From Azovibrio restrictus DSM 23866 (GTDB lineage Bacteria > Pseudomonadota > Gammaproteobacteria > Burkholderiales > Rhodocyclaceae): a stretch of DNA of 64,000 bases. The position numbers and the translations under genes were made by a program. The stretch's first letter is position 1. The number at the start of each line of letters is the position of its first letter. The stretch lies in NCBI RefSeq assembly GCF_000429665.1, contig NZ_AUCH01000018.1, positions 25,317 through 89,316 of the forward strand, read 5' to 3'. Shown in pieces: positions 18,132 to 29,456 of the stretch. The notes under the pieces are model-generated. The model was not told the origin of the DNA, did not search any database, and saw only the letters and a program-made list of their open reading frames with translations.

Positions 18132-19472
18132 ATGCACATGGGACAACAAATGAACATCAAGCGCCGTCGCGCCACCGGCCTGCTGCTTGCAGGGGCTGCC
18201 GCGGCGGGCCTGGGCGGCTGGCGCGGAGCCCTGGGAGCCGGGGAGCGGGTGGTGGTGCTGACCAGCTACCCGGAGGAACTGGTGGGGCGTTTCCAGCTGG
18301 CCTACGAGGCCCGCCATCCCGGCCGCCGGGTGGAAATCCTCTGGCGCCAGTCCGCCGACGCCCTGGCCTACCTGCGCCGGGGCGGCCAGCAGGAGGTGGA
18401 CGTGTACTGGACCCCGGCGCCCCGCAATTTCGCCCTCCTCAAGGCCGAGGGGCGGCTGGCTCCCCTGCTGCTGGATACGGCAGCCCTGCCGTCCCGGGTG
18501 GCCGGCTATCCCATTTCCGACCCGGACGGCCAGTTCGCCGCCTTCGAGCTGGCCGGCTACGGCATCGCCTATAACCGGACGGCCCTGGGCCGCCTGGGGC
18601 TGACGCCGCCCCGGGATTGGCGCGACCTGGCCGATCCCCGTTACCGGGGCCAGGTGGAGCTGCCCATCCCCGGCCGGGTGGGGTTCGCGCCAGTATTGAT
18701 CGAGGCCGTCCTCCAGGGCTATGGCTGGGACGAGGGCTGGGCGGTGCTGGCCGCCATCGCCGCCAATGCGGAATTCGGTAGCGGCGACAGCAACCCGGGT
18801 ACCGATGATCTGGTGAGCGGCCGCCGGGCGGCGCGCCTGACCATAGACTTCTTCGCTGCCGCGGCCCGCTCCAGCGGCGCATCCGTGTCCTTCATCTACC
18901 CGCCCCGCACCGCCTACAACCCGGCCCAGGTGGCGATCCTGGCCGGGGCGCCCCACCCGGCGGCGGCCCGGGATTTCGTCGAGTTTCTGCTGTCCGCCGA
19001 GGGACAGGAACTGCTGCTGCACCCGGACGTGCACCGTCTGCCGGTGCGCAAGGCCCTGTACGAGGCCCATCCGGAACTCTCGGCCCAGCCCTTCGCCCCC
19101 GGCAACCTGGCCTACAGCGACGTGCTGACCCGCTCCCGCCAGGGGCTGGTGGCGGCCCTGTTCGAACAGGCCCTGGTGCAGCCCCACGGGCGGGCCCTTC
19201 CCCTGTGGCAGGCCCTGCACCGGGCCGAGGCGGCCGGAGCGGACCCGGCCGTGACTGCTGAGGCCCGGGCCCTGCTGAGCGCCTGTCCGGTGCCGGATGC
19301 CCAGCAGGCGGATGGGGAGCTGCGCCGCCTGTTCGATTTCCCCGACCGGGTGCCGGGCCAGCCCGAGCCACCGCCGGCCCCGGCCCGCCTGGCCCGGGAG
19401 GCCGAGTGGCGGAACCGGGTCGAAGCGGCTCAGGCCCGGGCCGGAAAACTGCTGCAAGCCTGGAGGAGTTGA
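18132..19472 (+). CDS. Periplasmic ABC-transporter substrate-binding protein (FbpA/AfuA-like iron(III)-type family), Tat-like signal
   Basis: The N-terminus RRRATGLLLAGAAAAG looks like a Tat/Sec signal. SBP-family-1-like motifs include DVYWT, GYGIAYN and DPRYRGQVELP. The start could be 18132, 18138 or 18150. Confidence 0.7.
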   Translation: MHMGQQMNIKRRRATGLLLAGAAAAGLGGWRGALGAGERVVVLTSYPEELVGRFQLAYEARHPGRRVEILWRQSADALAYLRRGGQQEVDVYWTPAPRNFALLKAEGRLAPLLLDTAALPSRVAGYPISDPDGQFAAFELAGYGIAYNRTALGRLGLTPPRDWRDLADPRYRGQVELPIPGRVGFAPVLIEAVLQGYGWDEGWAVLAAIAANAEFGSGDSNPGTDDLVSGRRAARLTIDFFAAAARSSGASVSFIYPPRTAYNPAQVAILAGAPHPAAARDFVEFLLSAEGQELLLHPDVHRLPVRKALYEAHPELSAQPFAPGNLAYSDVLTRSRQGLVAALFEQALVQPHGRALPLWQALHRAEAAGADPAVTAEARALLSACPVPDAQQADGELRRLFDFPDRVPGQPEPPPAPARLAREAEWRNRVEAAQARAGKLLQAWRS

Positions 19473-20863
19473 TGATGCATCTAGAACGCAAAAATGGAGG
19501 GTGGCTCCCGGCCGCTCTGGTCCTGCTGGCAAGCCTGGCCTGGGGCCCGGCCGGAGCCGGGGAAGCAGCGGCGGGCGGCCGCTTCACCACCCGGGACCAG
19601 GGCCGGGACGCCTACCAGCAGATCCTCTGGGACCTGGTGCCTGCAGCCGAGCGGGAGCGGGTCCTGGCCGGCCGGGGCCTGGTGCGCCAGACCTGGGTGA
19701 TCTCCCCTTCCCTGGAACCCCGTATCGCCGGCCTGGGCCCCACCTACAACCGGCCCGCCTGCATTTCCTGTCACCCGCGCAACGGCCGGGGCGCTGCGCC
19801 CGATGATCAGGCCCGGCCCATGCACTCGATGCTGGTGCGGCTTTCCATTCCCGGTCGCGATGCCCATGGCGGGCCCCTGCCCGAGCCGGTCTATGGGGAT
19901 CAGCTGAACGAGTTCGGCATCCCTGGCGTGCCCGGCGAAGGGGAGGCCTACCTGGTCTGGGAGAGTCGTGAGGAGCAGCTGGCCGACGGCACTCGGGTGG
20001 AGCTGCGGGCTCCCCGGGTGGCCTTCCGGGGGCTGATCCAGGGCCCCATGCATCCTGAGCTCATGACCTCGGTGCGGGTGGCGCCGCCCATCTTTGGTCT
20101 GGGCCTGCTCGAAGCCGTGCCGGAGGCCGACATCCTTGCCCTGGCCCGGGCCCAGAAAAAAGCCGGTCAAGGCGTGGCCGGCCAGCCCAACCGGGTCTGG
20201 GATGCGGCCCGGCAGCGCCAGGCATTGGGGCGTTTCGGCCTCAAGGCCAACCAGCCCACGGTGCGCCAGCAGATTGCCGGCGCCCTGGCCGGGGACATGG
20301 GTATCACCTCGGTCCTGTTTCCCGAGCCCAACTGCCCTCCGGCCCAGCAGGCCTGTGCTGCCCAGTCGGATCAGCACCCGGAGCTGGTGCCCGGGGCCCT
20401 GGAGGAAATGACTTTGTATCACTACCTGCTCGCCGTGCCCGCCCCCCGCAACCAGGGGGGCCCCCAGGTGCGCCGGGGCCGCCGCCTGTTCGCCGAGGCC
20501 GGTTGCGCCAGCTGCCACCAGCCCCGCCTGCGCACCGGCCCCTTCCCGGGATTTCCGGCCCTGGGGGGGCAGCGCATCCAGCCCTACACGGACCTGCTGC
20601 TGCACGACATGGGGCCGGAGCTGGCTGATGGCCGGCCCGACTACCAGGCCAGCGGCAGCCAGTGGCGGACGCCGCCCCTGTGGGGCCTGGGGCTGCTGCC
20701 GACGGTGAATGGGCACGGCACCCTGCTCCATGACGGCCGGGCCCGCAATGTCCTGGAGGCCATTCTCTGGCACGGGGGCGAGGCCAGCCGCTCCCGGGAG
20801 GCGGTGCGCCGCCTGCCGGCCGCCGAGCGGGAGGCGCTGCTGGCTTTTCTTGCTTCCCTGTGA
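19472..20863 (+). CDS. Di-heme c-type cytochrome oxidoreductase/peroxidase-like protein (DUF1111 family)
   Basis: Two CxxCH motifs are present (CISCH, CASCH), plus a signal peptide. The start ATG overlaps the upstream stop (TGATG), with a GGAGG RBS inside the upstream gene. The ORF-track start 19406 is too far upstream. Confidence 0.75.
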   Translation: MMHLERKNGGWLPAALVLLASLAWGPAGAGEAAAGGRFTTRDQGRDAYQQILWDLVPAAERERVLAGRGLVRQTWVISPSLEPRIAGLGPTYNRPACISCHPRNGRGAAPDDQARPMHSMLVRLSIPGRDAHGGPLPEPVYGDQLNEFGIPGVPGEGEAYLVWESREEQLADGTRVELRAPRVAFRGLIQGPMHPELMTSVRVAPPIFGLGLLEAVPEADILALARAQKKAGQGVAGQPNRVWDAARQRQALGRFGLKANQPTVRQQIAGALAGDMGITSVLFPEPNCPPAQQACAAQSDQHPELVPGALEEMTLYHYLLAVPAPRNQGGPQVRRGRRLFAEAGCASCHQPRLRTGPFPGFPALGGQRIQPYTDLLLHDMGPELADGRPDYQASGSQWRTPPLWGLGLLPTVNGHGTLLHDGRARNVLEAILWHGGEASRSREAVRRLPAAEREALLAFLASL

Positions 20864-20941
20864 GGTTTACCCGGGCGGGGGGAGGCGGCGGAGGCGTTTG
20901 GCGGGTACACTGCCGGACTTTTCCCCGTACCTCGCCTGCCC

Positions 20942-22249
<1,308 letters not shown>

Positions 22250-22321
22250 GCCTCCCCTGGCCCTGTGCATTGCATGACTCTTGCTTGAAATCCGGGCCTC
22301 CGGTCCCTGGAAACTGAACCC

Positions 22322-23293
22322 ATGATGACCACCGTGTACCAGCTGGATATCCCCGAAGCCCACCTTGCGCCGCCCCGGGAAGGCACCCGACGCATCATCG
22401 ACGGGCAGGAGCGGGTCTATTACGACGGCTACTGGATCAAGACCTACCCGGTGCCTGCCGATTCCCTGGAAGCCAAGAAGCGCCTGATCGAGGCCCTGAC
22501 CCGGCGGCTCTTCAACCATACCGAATACGGGCTCAACATTCCCGGCACCCGGCTGGCGGAAGCCCGGACCGCCTTTGCCGCGGAAAGCGACCCGGCCCGG
22601 CGCCGGGTCAAGGGAGCCATGCTGGCTGGTGCCCTGTTCAACCGGGCCACGGACATCTTCCGCAAGCTGGTGGAGCTCCAGGCCGACGGCATCGAGGTGC
22701 ACAGCGACGATGCCCTGATGCGGGAATGCGGCCAGTGCCTGCTGGAAGCCATGGAGCTGGGGCGCTTCGTGCGCCACCGGAGCGGCGAGGAGGGCATAGA
22801 CGAGCTCTGGGGCGAGCCCTTCCGGGCTTTCTCCATTCCCGTGGAAGATTTCTACGAAAGCCGCTACATCAAGATCGGCCAGACCCTGCGCGACATCGAC
22901 CGGATTGCCGCCACCATGGTGGCCACCTTCGGGCGGATTCCCCTGTTTGCCGGGGTGGAGGGGCTGATCCTGGATTTTGCTGCGGCCGCCCGGGTCAAGA
23001 CCGAGACCCTGCGCACCGATCCTCAGATCTTCGACGTCTGGGCCCGCCTGGTGGCCGCGGGGGAATGCCTGGCCCAGTTCCCGCCCCAGCCCCTGGCGGC
23101 AGTGCCGGAAGCGGGGCCGGTCCACAGCTTTGCCGATGGCCTGGAGCTGCTCCTGAAGGGGCGGGACCTGGTGTTCTATATCACCCGGGCCCGCACCCCG
23201 ATGCCCAAGAGCACCCGGGAATACGAGGAACGCTGCCGGGCCTACCTGGCCACCGGCCAGCTGCCCTTCCAGCCGCCTGCCGCACCGCTGTAG
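22322..23293 (+). CDS. Hypothetical protein (323 aa)
   Basis: The ORF shows coding-like composition but no recognisable motif. Confidence 0.5.
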   Translation: MMTTVYQLDIPEAHLAPPREGTRRIIDGQERVYYDGYWIKTYPVPADSLEAKKRLIEALTRRLFNHTEYGLNIPGTRLAEARTAFAAESDPARRRVKGAMLAGALFNRATDIFRKLVELQADGIEVHSDDALMRECGQCLLEAMELGRFVRHRSGEEGIDELWGEPFRAFSIPVEDFYESRYIKIGQTLRDIDRIAATMVATFGRIPLFAGVEGLILDFAAAARVKTETLRTDPQIFDVWARLVAAGECLAQFPPQPLAAVPEAGPVHSFADGLELLLKGRDLVFYITRARTPMPKSTREYEERCRAYLATGQLPFQPPAAPL

Positions 23294-23311
23294 GGCGGCA
23301 AGCTGAAAACC

Positions 23312-23354
23312 TCATTTGTTGAACCACAGAGGCACAGCGGCACAGAGAAAAGCC
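23312..23354. repeat. Partial dispersed copy of the 5' arm of the 3.7-kb tandem repeat (TTGTTGAACCACAGAGGCACAGCGGCACAGAGAAAAGCC)
   Basis: Read directly from the sequence. It shares the CCACAGAGGCACAG...CACAGAGAAA motif and the upstream TTGTTGA...GAACC segment. Confidence 0.6.
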
Positions 23355-23446
23355 TGGCCTGGGGTGGACTGCTTGCCTCTCCATGGGCTTGGGGCAAGAC
23401 ATTGATTGTTTTCGTTTTTTCAGGTCGGTGTGGCGAGGGGGCTGCT

Positions 23447-24115
23447 TCAATCCACACCCAGGTCCCTGACGTAGTCGTGGTCCGGGTGAATCTGCTCCAC
23501 CGGGATGCCCAGTTCCCAGGAAGAAATCTGGAGCACCCGTTCCAGGATGTGTTCCCGGGTCCAGGGCCGGTGCTCCGGCAGAGGGACGTAGGGCAGCAGG
23601 TCCCGGACCCGGGTCAGCTGGGGCGGCAGGCGGTCCGCCTGCCAGTCAGCCAGATATAGTCCGCCCAGCCACAGCCCGAACAGGCCCGCCAGAAGCCAGC
23701 CTGCGGCAACCTGCTGGAACACCAGGACTGTACCCCCCGCCAGGGGCAGCCCCAGGCTCCACAGGGCGGTGCGCCGCTTGCTGCTGCACAGCAGGGGCAG
23801 GTAGGGGGCCTTCAGGGCTAAGCGCAGGCGGGGCCATTGACGGCGCAGGTCCGGGCCCAGGCAGTCAAGCAAAGCCGTGTCCGGGTGCAGCTCCCGGCGC
23901 CTGGCGCCAAACTCATCCACCAGGACGCTCCGCAGCCGGTAAAAGGCCGCCTGGGAGAGGCAGGGGGCTGCCGTCCCCGGCGCCCCGCCCAGCAGCTCAG
24001 CCACATGGTCGGCCAACTGCCGGGGCGTACGCAAATCGGCCGCGTCCCCGTCGGCGATGCTGACTCCGAATTCCGCCTCCACGGCCAGGAGCAGTTCGAC
24101 GGCATCAAGACCCAT
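23447..24115 (-). CDS. Membrane protein with ACP-like (PP-binding-like) N- and C-terminal segments lacking the phosphopantetheinyl Ser
   Basis: The N-terminus MGLDAVELLLAVEAEFGVSIADGD resembles an ACP helix-II region, but with Ala in place of the conserved Ser. Central hydrophobic helices are present, and the C-terminus WELGIPVEQIHPDHDYVRDLGVD is also ACP-like. Confidence 0.5.
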   Translation of the reverse strand: MGLDAVELLLAVEAEFGVSIADGDAADLRTPRQLADHVAELLGGAPGTAAPCLSQAAFYRLRSVLVDEFGARRRELHPDTALLDCLGPDLRRQWPRLRLALKAPYLPLLCSSKRRTALWSLGLPLAGGTVLVFQQVAAGWLLAGLFGLWLGGLYLADWQADRLPPQLTRVRDLLPYVPLPEHRPWTREHILERVLQISSWELGIPVEQIHPDHDYVRDLGVD

Positions 24116-24193
24116 GGAATGTCCCTCAGGGGGTTAGATAGAGCCAAATGGCTTTGGGGTTGGGGCCAGGCCGGGACTTCCTCTGTGCCCGTT

Positions 24194-25243
24194 TCAGGCC
24201 CCCAGGCGGGCGAACTGGAAGTAGGAGGACCAGAGGCAGTCCGCCTCCCAGTCCAGGGCGCCCTCCTGCAAGCCCTCCCGAGCGAGCATCTGTCGGGCCC
24301 GGGCGCTGGCCTCCTCGGGGGCGCTGACGTAGTAGACCGCGTGGCGCTGCTGCCCCTGCAGCAGGGTGTAGGCCAGGATGCCTTCCTGGCGCTGTTCCAG
24401 CTGGCCGGCCAGGTTGTCCTGGAGCTCCTGGGCCTGTTCCAGGGTAGCGGCACAGCGCACCGGCAGGCTCAAGGTGAGGGCGTGGGCCAGGTCGGCGCGC
24501 ATGGCCAGGGCATTGGCGCTTTCATTCACGCTCACCAGGCTGATTTCTTCCTGGTCCGCCCCGTCGTGGCGGGGGAAGCTCACTTCCAGTCCCCGCCAAC
24601 TCTGCTCGGAGGACGGGAAAAGCCCCGTATGGCCCAGGTCCTGCTGCCAGAAGGCATCGAACACCGGGCGGAAGCCGTTCAAGGGGATGGCCCCGGCGGG
24701 CAGGGGCTCCGGGGGAAAGACGAAATCCACGCAGCCTACCTTCACGGCGAAATCGTATTCTCCCAGGACGTGGTCCAGGATGATCATGGCCATGCCGGCG
24801 GCCTGATCCTGCTTCGCTTCGGGAATGGCTTCGGCAAAGCCGATCTCCAGGCCCACCTGGCCGTCATCGGCATAGTGCCGGACCAGCAGATCCCGGGTCT
24901 CCAGGTTCATGCCGTCCATGCTGATGCCGAAATCAGTGCCCTGGGAACGGGAGCGGAAAGCTTCCAGTTGATAGCCGGGCAGGGCGGGGGCCTGGGCAAC
25001 CAGGGCAGAAAGCAGGGGAAAGTGCTCACTCCGGCCGTGGGCGGTGAGGATCAGTTTCAGGGGCGGCTGCTCCTCCCTGCCGGACAGCTCAAAGGCCAGC
25101 TCCGGGTGGAAATCCGCCAGCCAGTCATTCCAGGCCGGCACCCTGTCGTGCGGGGGCAACGCGTTCCAGGCATCCAGTCCTTGCTGGAATTCCCGCCAGA
25201 AACGAGCGATGGCAACAGTGTCTTCAGCTTGGTGAGAGGGCAT
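24194..25243 (-). CDS. Hypothetical protein (~350 aa)
   Basis: An AGGAGCC RBS precedes the ATG at 25243. The alternative start at 25276 is less supported. No recognisable motif. Confidence 0.5.
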   Translation of the reverse strand: MPSHQAEDTVAIARFWREFQQGLDAWNALPPHDRVPAWNDWLADFHPELAFELSGREEQPPLKLILTAHGRSEHFPLLSALVAQAPALPGYQLEAFRSRSQGTDFGISMDGMNLETRDLLVRHYADDGQVGLEIGFAEAIPEAKQDQAAGMAMIILDHVLGEYDFAVKVGCVDFVFPPEPLPAGAIPLNGFRPVFDAFWQQDLGHTGLFPSSEQSWRGLEVSFPRHDGADQEEISLVSVNESANALAMRADLAHALTLSLPVRCAATLEQAQELQDNLAGQLEQRQEGILAYTLLQGQQRHAVYYVSAPEEASARARQMLAREGLQEGALDWEADCLWSSYFQFARLGA

Positions 25244-25310
25244 GGAGGCTCCTGATGATGTCGATGCGTGCGTCATTGAACACCGGGCGGTGCCCGGCAG
25301 GCAAGCGGGC

Positions 25311-26324
25311 TCAGCCCAGTTCCACCCGGTAGCAGCCGGCCATTTCCCGGGTTTCCATGTCCACGGCCAGGAACTTTCCGATCACTTCCATATTGCTGTG
25401 CAGGTGGGAGGAGAGCCGGTGGGTGGTGAAGCTGCCCTGCCCGGCCAGGGCCATCGGCAGTAGCAGCTGGTCGGCCAAGTGCTCGCCGACGGCTGCGCCG
25501 CTGTCCCGATAATGCCTGGCTTCCCTGGCCGCCTGGTCGGCCACGGTTTCCGCCGGCAGGCCCCGTTCGCCGCAGGCGGAAAAGAGCTCCGTCAGTTCCG
25601 GATACTCCAGCACCACCATCAGCACATTGCCCGGCCCCTCGTTGGCGGGCAGCACCCGCAGCTCCTCGTCCAGGGGCCCCAGGGAACTGGCGGCCCGCTG
25701 CATTTCCCGCTTGGCAATTTCAGCGGGCACCCCGGAAACCACGCCAATGGCGCGGGTGCGTTGCAGGGGGCCGGGGCTTTCCAGCTGCAAGGGCTGCCAG
25801 GCCGTGACCGGCGCCGTGGACGCCAGCACCTCGCCGCCGCCGGCCGGATAGAAGCCGTGACGCAGCAACTGGATGTCCAGCGTCACCCCCATGCGCTGCA
25901 GCAGCGGCTGCCAGCAGCGGATCAGGAAATCGGCCGGCGGCGCCGCCGGGTTGTGGGTGCCGCCGCTGACGCGCAGGGTGCTCGGTCCGTCGGCGTACCA
26001 CAGGGCCGGCAACACCGTCTGCAGCACCAGGGTGGAGCTGCCGGCGGAGCCGATGGCGAAGGCGTAATCCCCACCCCGGATCGGCCCCGGCTGGAAGCGC
26101 AAGCGTTGCGAGCCGGGCACAGCTCCTTCCACCTGCGCTCCACACACCGCGGCCGCCGCCTGCACGGCCGTCAGATGCTGACGCAGCAAGCCCGGTTTCC
26201 TGCGCCCGGCACGAATGCGCTCGATGGCAAAGGGGATGCCGGTGATCATCGACAGGCTCAAGGCCGTCCGCAAAATCTGGCCCCCGCCCTCACCGCGGGA
26301 ACCGTCGAGTTCTATCCATTCCAT
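25311..26324 (-). CDS. rtcA: RNA 3'-terminal phosphate cyclase RtcA
   Basis: The N-terminus LDGSRGEGGGQILRTALSLSMITGIPFAI is the RtcA signature. Length is ~337 aa. Confidence 0.9.
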   Translation of the reverse strand: MEWIELDGSRGEGGGQILRTALSLSMITGIPFAIERIRAGRRKPGLLRQHLTAVQAAAAVCGAQVEGAVPGSQRLRFQPGPIRGGDYAFAIGSAGSSTLVLQTVLPALWYADGPSTLRVSGGTHNPAAPPADFLIRCWQPLLQRMGVTLDIQLLRHGFYPAGGGEVLASTAPVTAWQPLQLESPGPLQRTRAIGVVSGVPAEIAKREMQRAASSLGPLDEELRVLPANEGPGNVLMVVLEYPELTELFSACGERGLPAETVADQAAREARHYRDSGAAVGEHLADQLLLPMALAGQGSFTTHRLSSHLHSNMEVIGKFLAVDMETREMAGCYRVELG

Positions 26325-26354
26325 GTTGTTGTTCTCGTTGCTTGTTGTTGTGAT

Positions 26355-27200
26355 TTAGTCGTTGCCGCCTCTAGCGCATGCAGCGATAGCGTCTGCCAGA
26401 ACGGAAGAGAAATAGCCGTCGGCGAGAATTTCCGGGTGAGTTTTCAGCGCCTCCAAGGCAGGAAGAAAACCTTGGTCAGCCAGGGCTGCCGCAGCATCTA
26501 TCGCCCAGGAACCGTGAAACTCCCCCTGCAGTTCCTGCATCACCCGCTCCCGAACCCGCTCATCCCCCCTCCGGGCAAGGCCGATCAAAGCTTCGCCGCG
26601 TATTTCGGGATCGGCATCGCCGCTCGCCGCCAGCAAGCCGTCCCGGATCGCCGGACCATCCTGTTCGCTCAAGGATGCCAGGCCAAAGGTCGCCCAGTTG
26701 CGCACGTCCCTTGCTTCGTCCTGCATCAGCCTCAGTAGCGCTTCAGCGGCTTCCGGCTGCGGATAACGGCCCAGGGCAAAGGCCAGTCCATGACGCAGCG
26801 TTGCACGCGAACTGTCCAGAAATGCAAGCATCTGCGGCAGATATTCGGGGAATTCCCGGTGACCCAATCCAAAAAGGCTCGCTTCATTGACCCGCCAGTG
26901 CGAGTCGCGCAGTCCTCGCCCCAGCATCTCTTTCGCCAATTCGACCTCCGCTGCCTGATGGGGCAACTTGGCGCCCGGCATGGCAAGCTGGCACAGAATG
27001 TTGACGACCAGCGTCCGCATGCGCCAGTTACGGCTTTGCGCATGCCGTCGCAGCCAGCTACCTTGATCCCTACCCCGGTATTGGCGAAGTGCCGTTACGC
27101 ATTCCCAGTAGGCATCGTCATCCTCGTCATGCTGCAAGGCCATGCCAATCAGCGAACGAGCCGTTTTTGACGCCAGACTCATGGGGTCCCGTGCCATCAT
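26355..27200 (-). CDS. HEAT-repeat (PBS-lyase-type) protein
   Basis: Repeated ~30-aa units read ...DVRNWATFGLASL... and ...DADPEIRGEALIGLARRGD. The ATG at 27200 overlaps the upstream stop (TGATG). Lower GC than the flanks. Confidence 0.7.
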   Translation of the reverse strand: MMARDPMSLASKTARSLIGMALQHDEDDDAYWECVTALRQYRGRDQGSWLRRHAQSRNWRMRTLVVNILCQLAMPGAKLPHQAAEVELAKEMLGRGLRDSHWRVNEASLFGLGHREFPEYLPQMLAFLDSSRATLRHGLAFALGRYPQPEAAEALLRLMQDEARDVRNWATFGLASLSEQDGPAIRDGLLAASGDADPEIRGEALIGLARRGDERVRERVMQELQGEFHGSWAIDAAAALADQGFLPALEALKTHPEILADGYFSSVLADAIAACARGGND

Positions 27201-28054
27201 CACTCCTTTTGTCCCGCATTAGCCGACACCGCCAGCACCGTCCGCATCAAAAACGCATCGAGTTCGGCGGCATCGCCCTCCGGCTTCTTGTAATCGGCAT
27301 CGACCACCGTCCGCGCCAGTTCGCTTTCGATAAAAGCGTGGATGCGCGGCCAGCGCGGGCTGTATTCGGCCTCGCCGGCGCGCATCTTGATTTCCAGCAG
27401 GGCGTTGATTTCGTCGAGCAGCGCCGCGTCCGTCACCAGGCGCTCGGCCAGATCAGCAAAGCGCATCGGCGGCTGGCCGAGGCCGTGTTCGATCCACTGC
27501 GCCGCCAGCAGCGGCCGCAGCACGTAGAGGTACTTCTTCAGCCGCACGCTGTCGCCCTGCAAGTAGCCGCGAAAGTTGCGGTGCGCCATCGCCAGGTAGT
27601 GATAACGCCCGCGCTTGGGCGAAAACCACTGTGTCGCCAGCTCGCGGATGCCTGCGGTCAAGGCCGTGTCTTCCCGGTAAACCACCGGCGAATCCAGCCA
27701 TTCAAGCAGCACCGGATTGGCCCGGCGCAACAGACGCAGCGCCTTGCGCAGCTCCCAGCCGCCGACATCCAGCTCGTCGCTGATCGGCAATTCGATCACG
27801 TCGCGCTTCGGCTCGACGGCGAGATACCAGGGCAGGCGATGGACGTAGAGGAAACGCACGTCGTAATCGCTGTCCGGCGACGCAAAGCCCCAGCCCCGGC
27901 TGCCGGATTCGCAGGCGTAGAGCACCGTGACATCGTGTTGTATCTCGATGTCGGCGAGCGCCTGCATGACCCGGTCGCGAACTTCCGGGTCTATGGGGTG
28001 GGCGCTCAGGACTTTTTGTTTTTCGGTTTCCATGATGGTGGCCGTTCTACCCAA
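27200..28054 (-). CDS. Polymerase-beta-superfamily nucleotidyltransferase (RlaP/PF10127-like, RNA-repair-associated)
   Basis: The NTase motif YACESGSRGWGFASPDSDYDVRFLYV matches the GS-x9-13-DxD pattern. The listed start 28054 is a TTG, and the ATG at 28033 (METEKQK) is an alternative. The gene sits between rtcB and rtcA. Confidence 0.7.
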   Translation of the reverse strand: MGRTATIMETEKQKVLSAHPIDPEVRDRVMQALADIEIQHDVTVLYACESGSRGWGFASPDSDYDVRFLYVHRLPWYLAVEPKRDVIELPISDELDVGGWELRKALRLLRRANPVLLEWLDSPVVYREDTALTAGIRELATQWFSPKRGRYHYLAMAHRNFRGYLQGDSVRLKKYLYVLRPLLAAQWIEHGLGQPPMRFADLAERLVTDAALLDEINALLEIKMRAGEAEYSPRWPRIHAFIESELARTVVDADYKKPEGDAAELDAFLMRTVLAVSANAGQKE

Positions 28055-29452
28055 TCAATCAAATTCTTCCAGCGAGACAAGCAATCGGTCGTGATTCCCC
28101 CATGCTTCTCTCAATCCACTCTGGCGCATGGCCTGGCGCAACCGTTCCTGCATGGCCGGCGGCTGGCTGGCGAGGGCATAGCGTTGTCTTGCCAGACTAT
28201 TTGCAAGCTCCCGGAGAATCGTCTGCTGTTCCGGCTTGCTGCGGTAACGCGGCAGCAATTCCAGCAACCAGGCCAAGTGTTCCCAGTAAGCCAGACGTTG
28301 CGCGAAAGCCAACTGACGACTGAGATCGCCGTGCCTTTCCAACGCTTCGCCGATCTGCTGCAACTGCTCGCCGGAGAGCAGAACCTTGCCCTTGCGCAGC
28401 AACTGCCCGGCCAGTTTCGCCACTTTTGGTGAACTATCGAGCATCGCCTGCACAGTTGGCACATCGGCCGTCTCCCGCGAAATGGCGACCCAGGCCAGCA
28501 AGGCGGCTTGCCGCACCTGCGGACGGACGTCGGCAAAGGCTTTTTCTACCAGCGGCAGGCTTCCCCGGTTTTTCAATACACCGAGTAGTTGCAGCCAGCC
28601 AAGGTAGGTTCGCGGCGCCAGGGCTTCTCCGTTGCCCTGAGCGGAGACAAACGCAGCCAGATCGAAGCCGATCTGCTTTGCTGCCCACAGCGCTACGCCA
28701 CGCACCGCGCCGGAAGGATCGAGCAAAGCCTGCTCGAGCAACGCCTGCCGGTCAGAAGGCGCCCTTTGCCACAGGGCCAGAAAAGCCTTTTGCCGATTGC
28801 GCGGATGGCGGTCGGTCAGTAAGGCGCGTAGGGCGGCTTCGGCGAGCGAACCGGATGCTTCGCAGGCAGACAGGAGGCGTGAACGGACGAGAAAATCTGC
28901 GTGCCGCGCGCTCAGCCGGACGACCTCAGCCTGCGCCGCTGCCGGCCAGCGCAGCATCCGCGACAGCAGGAAGCTGGCAACCGGGCCACGGCTTTTGCGG
29001 AAGCGGGCAAGCACCAGCGAGCGATGTTCCGGCCGGTCGAGAAAAGCGCCGACTTGATCGACAAACGTGCTGTGGTCGGTACGCGATTTCCCGGACAGAC
29101 CGACGATAGCTTCCAATGCAGCCAGAACAGCTGGTAGTCGTTCCGTTTCCAGATACGTTGCGGCGGCACCTCTTGCGGTCTGCCGAACTTCATACACCCA
29201 GTCGTTCAAGCGCAAGACGATAGCTTGCAGGGCAACCGGAGCCGGGCTTTTTGCCAGGCGCCAGGTTGCCTCCTCACGCACGAAACCGTCTTGGTCGCGG
29301 CTGAGCGTGACCAATATCCGTAGTGCATCATCCGCAGCGGGATCGCCTTCGGCAAGCAGCTCCTGGAGCAGGCGTCGCCGTTCGAGATGGGGCAAATTCG
29401 CGCCATCCGGTGTGCTGGCACGGCGCAGCACTTCCCGCAGTTTTTTCAGCAT
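28055..29452 (-). CDS. All-helical HEAT/ARM-like repeat protein (465 aa), function unknown
   Basis: It has helical repeat character. No vWA/MIDAS motif is present, so it is not a Ro60/Rsr orthologue. It lies immediately downstream of rtcB. Confidence 0.6.
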   Translation of the reverse strand: MLKKLREVLRRASTPDGANLPHLERRRLLQELLAEGDPAADDALRILVTLSRDQDGFVREEATWRLAKSPAPVALQAIVLRLNDWVYEVRQTARGAAATYLETERLPAVLAALEAIVGLSGKSRTDHSTFVDQVGAFLDRPEHRSLVLARFRKSRGPVASFLLSRMLRWPAAAQAEVVRLSARHADFLVRSRLLSACEASGSLAEAALRALLTDRHPRNRQKAFLALWQRAPSDRQALLEQALLDPSGAVRGVALWAAKQIGFDLAAFVSAQGNGEALAPRTYLGWLQLLGVLKNRGSLPLVEKAFADVRPQVRQAALLAWVAISRETADVPTVQAMLDSSPKVAKLAGQLLRKGKVLLSGEQLQQIGEALERHGDLSRQLAFAQRLAYWEHLAWLLELLPRYRSKPEQQTILRELANSLARQRYALASQPPAMQERLRQAMRQSGLREAWGNHDRLLVSLEEFD

Positions 29453-29456
29453 CTGC

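Noticed and set aside
15990-19532. 1180-aa minus-strand ORF
   Set aside because: It is antisense to the TonB receptor, SBP and DUF1111 genes, all of which have clear sense-strand domain signatures.
23360-23422. Rho-independent terminator after the 22322..23293 gene
   Set aside because: The hairpin (CTTGCC/GGCAAG) is weak and separated by ~11 nt from the T-run, so it is not a canonical terminator.
28055-29452. Ro60/Rsr (TROVE) orthologue next to rtcB
   Set aside because: It is helical-repeat only. No vWA/MIDAS (DxSxS) segment is present and it is shorter than Rsr. It is kept as a HEAT/ARM-like unknown.
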